Origin: Desulfobacteraceae bacterium
GTDB taxonomy: Bacteria > Desulfobacterota > Desulfobacteria > Desulfobacterales > UBA5616
Assembly: GCA_013791935.1 (NCBI GenBank)
Contig: VMSV01000023.1
Location: 4,779 to 68,778 of the forward strand
DNA length: 64,000 nucleotides
Reading direction: 5' to 3'
Shown here: piece by piece, positions 44,346-54,100 of the stretch
Numbering within the stretch: position 1 is the stretch's first letter
Layout of the letters: each line of letters starts with the position of its first letter
The notes under the pieces: generated by a model
Told to the model about the DNA's origin: nothing
Seen by the model: the letters and a program-made list of their open reading frames with translations, nothing else
Database searches by the model: none
Translations under genes and position numbers: made by a program

Positions 44346-45152
44346 ATGAAAACTTCCAAGAAATCTTTTTCCCTTCCCGCAATGGCCGGAACGGTCATCC
44401 TTTTCCTCATGGTTCTTTCGGGGGGGATGCTCTGGCCCGGCCGGCTCATGGCCGATGATCCCGGCTTACCCTTCCAGGTGGGTGAAAAACTGATTTTTGA
44501 ATTGCGATGGAGTTTTATCCCCGCCGGCACGGCTGTTCTTGAAGTCATGCCCATGGAAAAAATCAACGGCGAGGAGGCCTATCATTTTGTCATGACTGCC
44601 TCCACCAACTCTTTTGTGGATAAATTTTATAAAGTCCGGGACCGGATTGACGCCTATGCCGATCTCTCCATGACCCGGTCCCTGTATTATCGAAAACAAC
44701 AGAGGGAAGGACGCTCAAAAAAGGATATCGTGGTGCAATTTGACTGGAAGGCCAATCAAGTCAGCTATTCCAATTCCGGAAAGAAGAAAGATCCCGTCTC
44801 CATTGCCCCCGGAACCTTTGACCCTTTTTCCGTTTTTTATTTTTCCAGAACCTTTGACTGGAGCCGAAATTCCTCCATGGAGCAACCGGTGACCGACGGC
44901 AAAAAACTCATCATGGGGAAAGCCAATTTAAAGGCCAAGGAAAAGATCAAGGTTCCGGTCGGGGAATTTGAAACCTACCTGTTCGAGCCCGGCATTGAAA
45001 ATATAGGGGGGGTGTTTGAAAAGAAAAAAGGGGCTAAAATCGAGGTCTGGGTGACCGCAGACCATCGCAAAATACCCGTGAGACTGAAGAGCGAAGTTTC
45101 CGTGGGCAGTTTTATCGCTGAACTGGTTTCCATTGAAGGCGCTGACAAGTAA
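44346..45152 (+). CDS. DUF3108-family exported protein
   Basis: Signal peptide. GEKLIFELRWSFIPAGTAVLEV...YKVRDRIDAYAD...KIPVRLKSEVSVGSFIAELV fits the DUF3108 pattern. Confidence 0.65.
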   Translation: MKTSKKSFSLPAMAGTVILFLMVLSGGMLWPGRLMADDPGLPFQVGEKLIFELRWSFIPAGTAVLEVMPMEKINGEEAYHFVMTASTNSFVDKFYKVRDRIDAYADLSMTRSLYYRKQQREGRSKKDIVVQFDWKANQVSYSNSGKKKDPVSIAPGTFDPFSVFYFSRTFDWSRNSSMEQPVTDGKKLIMGKANLKAKEKIKVPVGEFETYLFEPGIENIGGVFEKKKGAKIEVWVTADHRKIPVRLKSEVSVGSFIAELVSIEGADK

Positions 45153-45180
45153 CTTCCATATAAAAGCATAAGGGGTTTCC

Positions 45181-45513
45181 ATGGCGGAAAATAGTAAATC
45201 CGAAAAATTCGACAAGGAGTGGCAGAATCGTAAATTATGCAGCGATGGTAATTGTATCGGCGTCATCGGAAAAGACGGATCTTGCGGTGAATGTGGCAAA
45301 CGATCTATCGAAAACGAGGATAATGCCCTTGGGGATGTGAATGCTCGGGAACCATGGGTTGAAGAGGAAATCCCGCCGGGGGGCTTGGAGGTTTCCGATT
45401 CCTCCCCGGGCTTGGACTGGGAAAACCGAATTCTGTGTTGCGATGAAAACTGCATCGGCATCATGGGCATGGACGGACGATGTACGGAATGCGGAAAACC
45501 CGCCCCGGACTAA
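45181..45513 (+). CDS. Small protein with two Cys-rich zinc-ribbon-like repeats
   Basis: W-x-NR-x-LC-x-D-x-NCIG-x-x-G-x-DG-x-C-x-ECGK occurs twice. Confidence 0.55.
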   Translation: MAENSKSEKFDKEWQNRKLCSDGNCIGVIGKDGSCGECGKRSIENEDNALGDVNAREPWVEEEIPPGGLEVSDSSPGLDWENRILCCDENCIGIMGMDGRCTECGKPAPD

Positions 45514-45552
45514 GCCCGGAGAATGATCACCAAGCCCGAAGCTCACGGGTCA

Positions 45553-46227
45553 TCAAACCCCTCCATCTGCTGCATCGCCTTTATACCGGTCATAATATTT
45601 GAATACGTTTTTAATATAATGTCGGGTGGCTTGAAACGGGGGCACCCCGTTATACTGAAGGACCCTATTGCTTCCCGCGTTATAGGCAGCAAGGGCCAAC
45701 CTGGCATCGCCGTTAAACTGAACCATGAGCTGCTTGAAATACCTTACCCCGCAGTCAATATTGCTCTCGGGATCACGAATATCCTTGATGCCCAGGGATC
45801 TTGCCGTGGCCGGCATAAGTTGCATGAGCCCCACAGCCCCTCGCTTTGAAACTGCCGAAGGATTAAAACTCGATTCAGCCCAGATGATGGCCTTGATCAG
45901 GGACGGGTCCACGTCATACTGACCGGCCACCTCATGAATCACCGGATGAAGAAGCATTTCCGCTGCCGTTCCCCGCAGAGAAGCCAGAGCCGCATTGTCT
46001 AAGGAAGCCTTTCCTTTTTGTTTTGCCGTGGTTGCCGGCAAAGCCAGGAGGGCTTCTTTCAGCACATCTTGATCCAGTGCCAAAGGGTTGGGCAGTTCGG
46101 GTTCGTGGGCCATATCACCGGGGTTGACCGAAGGCCCCAAATTGAAAAAGGGTACCGTGGCCACCAATAGGCACGCACCTGAAATTAAAACATATCTCAT
46201 GATCTGTAATCGGTTTTGTCTGTCCAT
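45553..46227 (-). CDS. Lytic transglycosylase (SLT domain) protein
   Basis: Catalytic block AIIWAESSFNPSAVSKRGAVGLMQLMPATA...AYNAG. Confidence 0.9.
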   Translation of the reverse strand: MDRQNRLQIMRYVLISGACLLVATVPFFNLGPSVNPGDMAHEPELPNPLALDQDVLKEALLALPATTAKQKGKASLDNAALASLRGTAAEMLLHPVIHEVAGQYDVDPSLIKAIIWAESSFNPSAVSKRGAVGLMQLMPATARSLGIKDIRDPESNIDCGVRYFKQLMVQFNGDARLALAAYNAGSNRVLQYNGVPPFQATRHYIKNVFKYYDRYKGDAADGGV

Positions 46228-46398
46228 ATTCCTTCTCGTAATTTTGAATTGTCGGTGAAATTATCCGGTTAAAGCCTGCGTGTCAAGGGAAATTCTTTGC
46301 ACTCCCATGGCCGGACAAATGCAAATCAATCATTTAATGTCCCGCAGACTTAAACATGTTTACCGATAATGCATTCATTCTTTGCATTATTCTATAAC

Positions 46399-47052
46399 TC
46401 ATAGCAGGCCTGTAAGATCCATGGGATGCGCGATCAATCGTTCAGCACCGCCGATTTTCAAGACTTTTTGTGAAGCAAACCCCCAACGGACGCCAACTGG
46501 AAACATCCCTCCGGCCAGAGCTGTTTTCATGTCTGTATCCGAATCCCCTACAAAGAGAATGTTTTTGGGGTCAACCCCCAGATGATCCGCAATTTCCAGC
46601 GCTCCGGCCGGATGGGGTTTTCGGGGAACATCGGCTCTTAAACCCAGAATCCTGTCAAAATGCCATCTGGATAAAAACAGGTCCGCGCAAAGCCTGGCAA
46701 GGTCATTTTGTTTGTTGGTTAATATGGCGATTTTGATATTACGATGGACCAATTCATCCAGCAATTCCGGTATCCCTTCGTAGAGGGTTGTGTGGATGGT
46801 GCAATTTTCCCTATAGTCGTCCAGATAGGCTTGAAGGCAGGAACTCACCATGCCGGTTGCACGCTGCTCCATCGGCAAAGCTCGTGAAATAAGGATTTTC
46901 GGACCCTCACCGATGAAGGCGCGGTACTGATTCAGATCATGGGTTGGAAACCCCCTTTTCATCAGGATCCGGTTTACCGAGCCGGCAATGTCCTCCAGGG
47001 TGTCCAACAACGTCCCGTCCATATCAAATATCACCGCTTTACATTTCATCAT
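46399..47052 (-). CDS. HAD-superfamily hydrolase (phosphoglycolate-phosphatase-like)
   Basis: Motif I AVIFDMDGTLLDT. Motif III/IV VGDSDTDMKTALAGGM. Confidence 0.85.
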   Translation of the reverse strand: MMKCKAVIFDMDGTLLDTLEDIAGSVNRILMKRGFPTHDLNQYRAFIGEGPKILISRALPMEQRATGMVSSCLQAYLDDYRENCTIHTTLYEGIPELLDELVHRNIKIAILTNKQNDLARLCADLFLSRWHFDRILGLRADVPRKPHPAGALEIADHLGVDPKNILFVGDSDTDMKTALAGGMFPVGVRWGFASQKVLKIGGAERLIAHPMDLTGLL

Positions 47053-47241
47053 GCCCTCCCTATCGTTTCGTGCGCAAAATTTTCCAGATCCTTGGGCCAA
47101 AGATTGTGGAAACTACCACGGACAATATTCAGCCGTCAATGACCCCCTGAAATCCATTCAGGGCAAACGGGGCATCCATTCCACTCAATCCACCCCTTTG
47201 AGAATCAAAATCGGTTACCCTGTTCCACGAGCCTGATCACA

Positions 47242-47270
47242 TTGACTTTAAAAAACCGGGTTGCTATAAG
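47242..47270 (+). promoter_or_regulatory. Sigma-70-like promoter directly abutting the RNB-nuclease start codon
   Basis: TTGACT-17 nt-TATAAG. The -10 ends 6 nt before the ATG at 47277. Confidence 0.4.
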
Positions 47271-47276
47271 GCCTCC

Positions 47277-49253
47277 ATGAAACCAGGAAATATCATTGAA
47301 TATATTGATCAGCAGAAAATCCTCTCCGCTGTGATTTTAAAAACGGAAGATTCTCGGGCTTCTCTTCTTAATGAGTCAAATCATGAAGTTAATTTGTCCT
47401 TTCACCGGATTTTGCACGCAGGGGACCATTCATTGGATCTTTCGTTGTCCAGGGATCGAATGCTGGCAAACCTCCTTCAATCGGTTCACCGGCAAATCGC
47501 CCTGTCCAAAGAGATCGATATCCAGGCACTATGGGAAATCCTTCATGAAAGCCCGGAATGGATTGATGTTCCGCAAGTCGCCCGGCTCTGCTTTCCGGAA
47601 AATGCAACCGGGGTCCATGAGTCTGCCGTCATTCGAGCGCTTTTTGAAAACCGAACTTATTTCAAATTCGACAGAACCCGGTTTTTTCCCTATTCGCCGG
47701 AACAGGTCCTGGATATGAAATCCCAGGCCCTGGAGACTCAACGGGCCAATGATCTGATTCAAAACGGGTCGGCTTGGCTGGTCGCCAAGATGAGCCACGC
47801 CTCTCCTCCTCCAGACGAAAATGACGCTGTTTTTACGGACCTGTTGAAATCCTTTTTTCTGTTTGAAAAAGAAAGCCCTCATTTTTCGTGTTGCAGAGCC
47901 ATGATTGCCGGTTCCGGAATTCCCCTTCCTCTGGATATATTTGCCCTGCTGGTGAAGTTGAAGGTTTTTGAAGGCAATGAAAATATCGACCTGCATCAGA
48001 TGCGTATTCCAGTGCTGTTTTCCAAAGAAGCCCTCGGCCTGGCCGATGAAATTTTAAGACAAAAGAAAGGCGATTTTGAAAACCACCGGATCGACCTGAC
48101 CCATCTGGATATCATGACCATCGATGGCCCGGGAACCCTGGATTTTGACGACGCCCTGAGTCTTCACCCATCAGGAGATGGCTTTGAGCTGGGAATTCAT
48201 ATTGCGGATGTGGCCCATTTCGTGAAGAAAGACGACTTTATCGACCGGGAGGCCCTTCTGAGGGGAAGCTCCATTTACATGCCGGATCTGAAAATTCCCA
48301 TGCTGCCCAACGCCTTTGCAGAGGATCTTTGCAGTCTGAAGCAGGATGCTGAAAAACCGGCCATCAGCATGATGGTGAAAATAACGCCCACGGGAGAAAT
48401 TCAGGATTACAGAATCCTGCCCAGCGTTATAAGGATCAAGCAGCAGTTGACCTATGAGAATGCCGATCTATTGGCCCGGGAAAACCCGCAGATCATGATG
48501 ATGATCCATACCGCCAAAAAATTTCGCTCAAGAAGGCTGAGCCAGGGAGCCGTTCATATTTCCCTTCCCGAAATCCAATTCATCTCCAATGAAAAACAAG
48601 GGATCCTTCCCGTTCACATAGACCGGGAAAGCCCGGGGAGAATGATGGTGGCCGAACTGATGATCATGGCCAATTGGCTGGTGGCAGGGCACCTTGAAAA
48701 AAACAAAATGCCTGCGGTGTTCAGGTGCCAGGCGGATCCCAAGGAACGGTTATTCCGGGGTCATGAAGGATCCCTGTTTCAAAACCACATGCAAAGACGA
48801 TTGTTAAACCGTTTTGTTCTTTCAGAGAAAGCGGAGCGGCATTCCGGGCTGGGCCTGGATGCCTATGTAACGGCCACATCGCCCATTCGAAAGTATTTTG
48901 ATCTGGTTTCACAACGTCAGATTCGGGCCACCCTGGGTCTGGAAACCCCCTATTCGGCGGAAGACATAAAACATATCCTTGACGTCCTCAGACCCCCCTT
49001 GGCCAATGTGGGTAAAATCCAAACCCGACGCAACCGGTTTTGGATTTTAAAACATCTGGAGAAAAAAACAGGGGAGCGAATGGAGGCCATTGTTCTGCAG
49101 AAGCGTAGAAATGATTTCCAGATTTTGATCAAGGAATTCATGATTGAGTGCCATTTGGCCAGCAGCATTCGACTGAAGCCCGAGGACTTCATCCATGTGA
49201 AAATCCAGCATGTGGATGCCCGAAAGGACATGATTTCGGTTTTTATGGCCTAG
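47277..49253 (+). CDS. RNB-domain 3'-5' exoribonuclease (RNase II/R family)
   Basis: TIDGPGTLDFDDALS...HIADVAHFV...SIYMPD...MLP...YVTATSPIRKYFDLVSQRQ. Confidence 0.9.
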   Translation: MKPGNIIEYIDQQKILSAVILKTEDSRASLLNESNHEVNLSFHRILHAGDHSLDLSLSRDRMLANLLQSVHRQIALSKEIDIQALWEILHESPEWIDVPQVARLCFPENATGVHESAVIRALFENRTYFKFDRTRFFPYSPEQVLDMKSQALETQRANDLIQNGSAWLVAKMSHASPPPDENDAVFTDLLKSFFLFEKESPHFSCCRAMIAGSGIPLPLDIFALLVKLKVFEGNENIDLHQMRIPVLFSKEALGLADEILRQKKGDFENHRIDLTHLDIMTIDGPGTLDFDDALSLHPSGDGFELGIHIADVAHFVKKDDFIDREALLRGSSIYMPDLKIPMLPNAFAEDLCSLKQDAEKPAISMMVKITPTGEIQDYRILPSVIRIKQQLTYENADLLARENPQIMMMIHTAKKFRSRRLSQGAVHISLPEIQFISNEKQGILPVHIDRESPGRMMVAELMIMANWLVAGHLEKNKMPAVFRCQADPKERLFRGHEGSLFQNHMQRRLLNRFVLSEKAERHSGLGLDAYVTATSPIRKYFDLVSQRQIRATLGLETPYSAEDIKHILDVLRPPLANVGKIQTRRNRFWILKHLEKKTGERMEAIVLQKRRNDFQILIKEFMIECHLASSIRLKPEDFIHVKIQHVDARKDMISVFMA

Positions 49254-49340
49254 AAAGATAATTGCTTGACTAAACCATGAATTTAAACTAAAAAGCTGTC
49301 ATTAAATAAATTGAATTCATAACGCGGAAAGAAAGACCCC

Positions 49341-49973
49341 ATGGGAATCCAGGAAAGAAAAGAGAGGGAAAAAGAAAGAAGAAAACAGCAGATTATCGTG
49401 GCTGCCAAGCGCGTATTCTCCGAAAAAGGGTTCAGTAAATCCACCATGGAGGATATCGCAAGCGAAGCGGAACTGAGCCCCGGAACGCTGTATCTTTATT
49501 TTAAAAACAAGGAAGAGTTGTACGCCTCCCTTTCGCTCCGAATCCTCCAGTACATGAATATCCGCGTTCAGCACGTCAATGACGAAATCGGTCTTGACCC
49601 GATTCAGAAAATGGGCGCTTTGCAGGAAGCCCTTCTGGATGTCTATGATTTTGATTCCACCACCATCATCAACCTCTTCCATCTTCAGTCCAGCGAAACC
49701 CTTAAGAATTTGTCCCCGGATTTCCTCAATGAGATCAATGAGCTTTCCAGAAAATCCATCGGTGGCATCGCCAATATCATCAATGAAGGCGTCGAAAAAG
49801 GCCTTTTCATCGACGAACATCCCCATGCCCTGGCGGACACCTTGTGGTCTTTGTTTTCCGGGGTGATTCTATGGGAAGCCAGCAAAAGCATTTTGAATGA
49901 GCAGAAAAATTACCTTAAAAAAACCCTGGATATCGCCTTTCGAATTTTCGTGAACGGCATAAAAAAGAATTAA
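49341..49973 (+). CDS. TetR/AcrR-family transcriptional regulator
   Basis: HTH AAKRVFSEKGFSKSTMEDIASEAELSPGTLYLYFKNKEELY. Confidence 0.9.
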   Translation: MGIQERKEREKERRKQQIIVAAKRVFSEKGFSKSTMEDIASEAELSPGTLYLYFKNKEELYASLSLRILQYMNIRVQHVNDEIGLDPIQKMGALQEALLDVYDFDSTTIINLFHLQSSETLKNLSPDFLNEINELSRKSIGGIANIINEGVEKGLFIDEHPHALADTLWSLFSGVILWEASKSILNEQKNYLKKTLDIAFRIFVNGIKKN

Positions 49974-50071
49974 AAAAAACACCCCCCTAAAGAATGTTTT
50001 TTCAGCCTGAACCCGATCCCCATTTTTTTACTTCCACCCTCTTTTTTCCTTTGATCCAGCCCCATTTACTT

Positions 50072-50112
50072 GAATTGTTTTTCTTGACTAAACAATTCAG
50101 ATCAAGTATTAG
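50072..50112 (+). promoter_or_regulatory. Sigma-70-like promoter (TTGACT-17-TATTAG) embedded in a 9-bp inverted repeat; candidate TetR operator
   Basis: GAATTGTTT (50072..50080) / AAACAATTC (50090..50098) flank the -35 box. Related TGAATT(G) half-sites are at 49278, 49312 (palindrome TGAATTCA) and 50124. Confidence 0.45.
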
Positions 50113-50199
50113 GCGATCATAGTCTGAATTGTATTCATTTTATTATGTTTTATGCTTTCCCATCGTTTCATCTATATCAATACAGTCGGAGGTTTATCA

Positions 50200-51069
50200 G
50201 TGCATTTACAATCCAAGTTTGATTCCGGTGAATTCCTATATCTCGCTGAGATTGAGCCGCCCAAGGGCGTGGATGTTTCGGACATGCTGAAAAACGCCAA
50301 ACAACTTAAGGGCAAAATCGATGCGTTTATCGTTCCGGAAATGAGCAACGCCGTCATGCGCATGAGCTCTCTCGGAGCGTCGCTGCTTTTGAAGAACAAT
50401 GGTTTAAATCCCATTTTTCAAGTCTGCTGCAGGGACCGCAATCGACTGGCTTTGCAAGCGGATCTTCTGGCAGCCGGAGCCGCAGGCATTACCCATGTCA
50501 TGGCGGTTGCAGGCGAAGACCCGAGTTTTGGAGACCATCACCAGACAAAAGCCGTGTATGATATTGACCTCATGGGGCTGCTTAAGGGAATTCAACAGCT
50601 GCAGGAAGGCCGTGACATGGCCGGAATTGATTTAAGCGGCGCTCCGAAATTTGTAGTGGGTTCCACGTTGAATTCAGGTCTTTCCGGCCAGGCACTTGAA
50701 ATGGAGCTAAAGGAAATGAGCGCAAAAATGGCCGGGGGCGTTTCTTTTTTCATCACCCCCCCCCTGTTTGATATTTCCACCATGAAATCCTTCCTCTCAC
50801 GCATCGACCTTTCCAAAACCAGAATCATTCCAACGGTTCTTTTGTTGAAATCCGTGGGTATGGCCAGATACATGGCCAGAAACGTGGACCATGTCCACAT
50901 CCCGGATGAAATCATCACAAGAATCCAGAAAGCCCCGGACAAGATTCGCGAATGCGTCTCCATTGCTGCGGAAACGTTGAGCACCTTGAAAGAAAGCGGT
51001 TTTGGCGGTGCTGTGCTTTCAACCATCGGATGGGAAGACAAAATCCCGGAAATTCTGGAAAAAATTTAA
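50200..51069 (+). CDS. Methylenetetrahydrofolate reductase (MTHFR/MetF) family paralog
   Basis: FLYLAEIEPPKG...CRDRNRLALQADLLAAGAAGITHVMAVAGED.... GGAGG lies 7 nt before the GTG at 50200. The ORF is open from 50152. Confidence 0.8.
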   Translation: MHLQSKFDSGEFLYLAEIEPPKGVDVSDMLKNAKQLKGKIDAFIVPEMSNAVMRMSSLGASLLLKNNGLNPIFQVCCRDRNRLALQADLLAAGAAGITHVMAVAGEDPSFGDHHQTKAVYDIDLMGLLKGIQQLQEGRDMAGIDLSGAPKFVVGSTLNSGLSGQALEMELKEMSAKMAGGVSFFITPPLFDISTMKSFLSRIDLSKTRIIPTVLLLKSVGMARYMARNVDHVHIPDEIITRIQKAPDKIRECVSIAAETLSTLKESGFGGAVLSTIGWEDKIPEILEKI

Positions 51070-51081
51070 TCCTGTTTGTTC

Positions 51082-51098
51082 CCTTACAATTTTTCCGG
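51082..51098. repeat. 17-nt motif TTTCCGGATCAGTACGT, copy 2
   Basis: Identical to 37863..37879. It lies 61 nt upstream of the hdrA-like start. Confidence 0.8.
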
Positions 51099-51158
51099 AT
51101 CAGTACGTATCGGCTCTTTTCGATTAACCCCTATATCCATTAAAAGAACAGAGGCAAC

Positions 51159-54100
51159 ATGACTATGGAAAGCGAAATGGATCGCAAAGAAATATCCTCG
51201 ATAAAAAATGACCCGGTGGGGTCCGTCATGGTTTTGGGAGGCGGAATCGCAGGGATGCAATCCGCTCTGGATCTTGCAAATTCCGGATATTACGTTTATC
51301 TGGTGGAAAAGTCCTCTGCCATCGGCGGCATGATGTCCCAGTTGGACAAAACCTTTCCCACCAATGATTGCGCCATGTGAGTCATCTCACCCAAACTGGT
51401 CGAGGTCGGCCGGCATCTGAATATCGAATTGTTAATGAATACCGAATTGATGGACCTTTCCGGAGAGCCAGGGCATTTTTCCGCAAAAATCAAACAAGCC
51501 CCGCGTTTTGTGGATATGTCCAAATGCACCAGCTGCGGCGAATGCGAAAAAGTCTGCCCCATATCGGTTCCCAATGAATATGACAAAGGCATGTCCAACC
51601 GAAAAGCCATCTTCAAAAAATACCCCCAAGCCATCCCGGGGGCCTATGCCATCAGCAAACGGGGAACGGCCCCGTGTAAAGCCACCTGCCCTGCCCACGT
51701 GAGCATTCAGGGCTATGTGGCCCTCATCACCCAGGAAAAATACCGGGAAGGTCTGGCTCTTTTTAAGGAAGAGCACCCCTTTCCAGGCATCTGCGGCCGA
51801 ATCTGCCATCATCCCTGCGAAAATGAATGTACCCGGAATGCGGTGGATGAACCCCTGGGCATTCAGCCCCTTCATCGGTTTCTCGCGGATGTGGATTTCG
51901 CCTCTGATTCTCCCTATATCCCGGCGGTCAAGGAACCCAGGGAAGAAAAGATTGCCGTCATCGGTTCCGGGCCTGCGGGTCTGGCTGCCGCCTATTTTCT
52001 GGCAAGGGAAGGTTATCCGGTCACGGTCTTTGAAAAACTGCCCGTGGCCGGCGGCATGATGGCTGTAGGGATACCGGAATACCGGTTGCCCAGAGATATT
52101 CTCAATGCGGAAATCAGCGTGATTGAAAAAATGGGGGTCACCCTGAAAACTGGGGTTGCCTTCGGAACCGACATCACCCTGGAAAGCCTGAATCAGGACG
52201 GATTCAAGGCGGTTTATCTGGCCACGGGACTTCACCAAAGCCGGAAACTCGGCGTGCCGGGAGAAGCACTTCAAAACGTGATCCCGGGGGTTCCTTTTTT
52301 AAGGGATGCGGCCCTGGGCAAAGACATCAAGCTTGGAAAAACCGTGGTGGTTATCGGTGGTGGAAACGTGGCGGTGGACGTGGCCCTCACGGCAAAAAGA
52401 CTGGGTGCGGAGCAGGTTAAAATGATCTGTCTGGAATCCAGAAAGGAAATGCCCGCATGGGACTATGAAATTGAAGAGGCGGTGGAAGAAAAAATAGAAG
52501 TCATCAACTCCTACGGCCCCAAACAATTTATCGGGGAAAACGGAGCCCTCACGGATGCGGAGTTTAAAAAATGCACTTCGGTTTTCGATGAAAACCGCCG
52601 GTTCAATCCCAAGTACGACGAAAATGACCTGATGAAGATTACCGCCGATACCGTCATCGTGGCCATTGGCCAAATGGCTGAACTTGAATTTGCCGGGTCC
52701 CAGAAGATTCCGACCACACCCCCCGGTGGAATCCAGGTGGACCCTGTAACGTTCCAAACTTCTTTAGACTGGGTTTTTGCAGGCGGGGATGCCGTATACG
52801 GTCCCAAATCCGTTGTGGAAGCCGTGGCCTGCGGCAAAGAAGCAGCAGAAAGTATTCATCGTTTTGTTCATGGCCTGGATTTGTCTGAAGGAAGAAAAAA
52901 AGAATGGGATTTTGAAAAGCCGGACACGGAAGCAGAGCCCCTCAAAAACAGAATTCCGATTCATAAAATTCCCGTGGAAGATCGTGAGCACAATTTCAAA
53001 GAGGTGGCTTTCGGATATGAAAACGCCCAGGCCCTTGCCGAAGCGGCCCGCTGCGTCAAGTGCGGCATCTGCTCCGAGTGCTATCAGTGCGTCTCCGCCT
53101 GTATCGCCAACGCGGTGATTCATGAGGAGGCGGAAATCATTAAAGATATCGATGTGGGCTCGGTCATCATCTGTGCAGGAAGTGAGACCTATGATCCGTC
53201 GGCCCTTGAGGACCAATACCATTACCGGACCAATCCCAATGTACTGACCAGCGCCGAATTTGAACGAATCCTGAGCGCCTCGGGTCCCACCCTGGGACAC
53301 CTCATCCGACCTTCGGATTCCAAAGAGCCCGAAAGAATCGCCTGGCTGCAATGCATCGGATCCCGGGATACCAACCGGTGCGGCAACACGTATTGTTCAT
53401 CCGTGTGCTGCATGTACGCCATCAAAGAAGCCATGATTGCCAAAGAACACTCCAAGAAGGATATGGACTGTGTAATTTTCAACATGGATATTCGAACCTT
53501 CGGAAAAGATTACGAAAAATACTACAACCGGGCCAAGGATGAAGAAGGGGTACGGTTTGAAAAAGCCAGGGTTCACACCCTCACGGAAAACTGGGAAACC
53601 GGTGGATTGACCATCCGTTACGCCAATGAGGCGGGTGAGCTTCTTTCGGAAGAGTTCGACATGGTGGTTCTTTCCGTGGGGCTTCAGATTTCAGAACCCA
53701 CCATTGACCTGGCCAATCGTCTGAATGTTTCCCTGAACAAACATAAATTCGCCGATACGCCTCTGTTTGAGCCGGTTTCGACCTCCAGGCCGGGGGTTTA
53801 TGCCTGTGGCGTTTTCCAGGGTCCCAAGGACATTCCCACCTCCATCATTGAAGCCAGTGCCGCCGCCATGGTGGCCGGAAAAAGCCTTTCCAAAAGCAGA
53901 AACACTCTGACCCGAAAGGTGGATGTTCCTCAAGAAATCGACATCACGGGGCAGGATCCGAGAATCGGTGTATTTGCCTGCCGGTGCGGAATCAACATCG
54001 CCGGCGTGGTGAACATGGACGAGGTGGAGGCTTATACCAAAACCCTTCCCAATGTGGTGTATGTGGGGCAGAACCTTTTCACCTGCTCCCAGGACACCCA

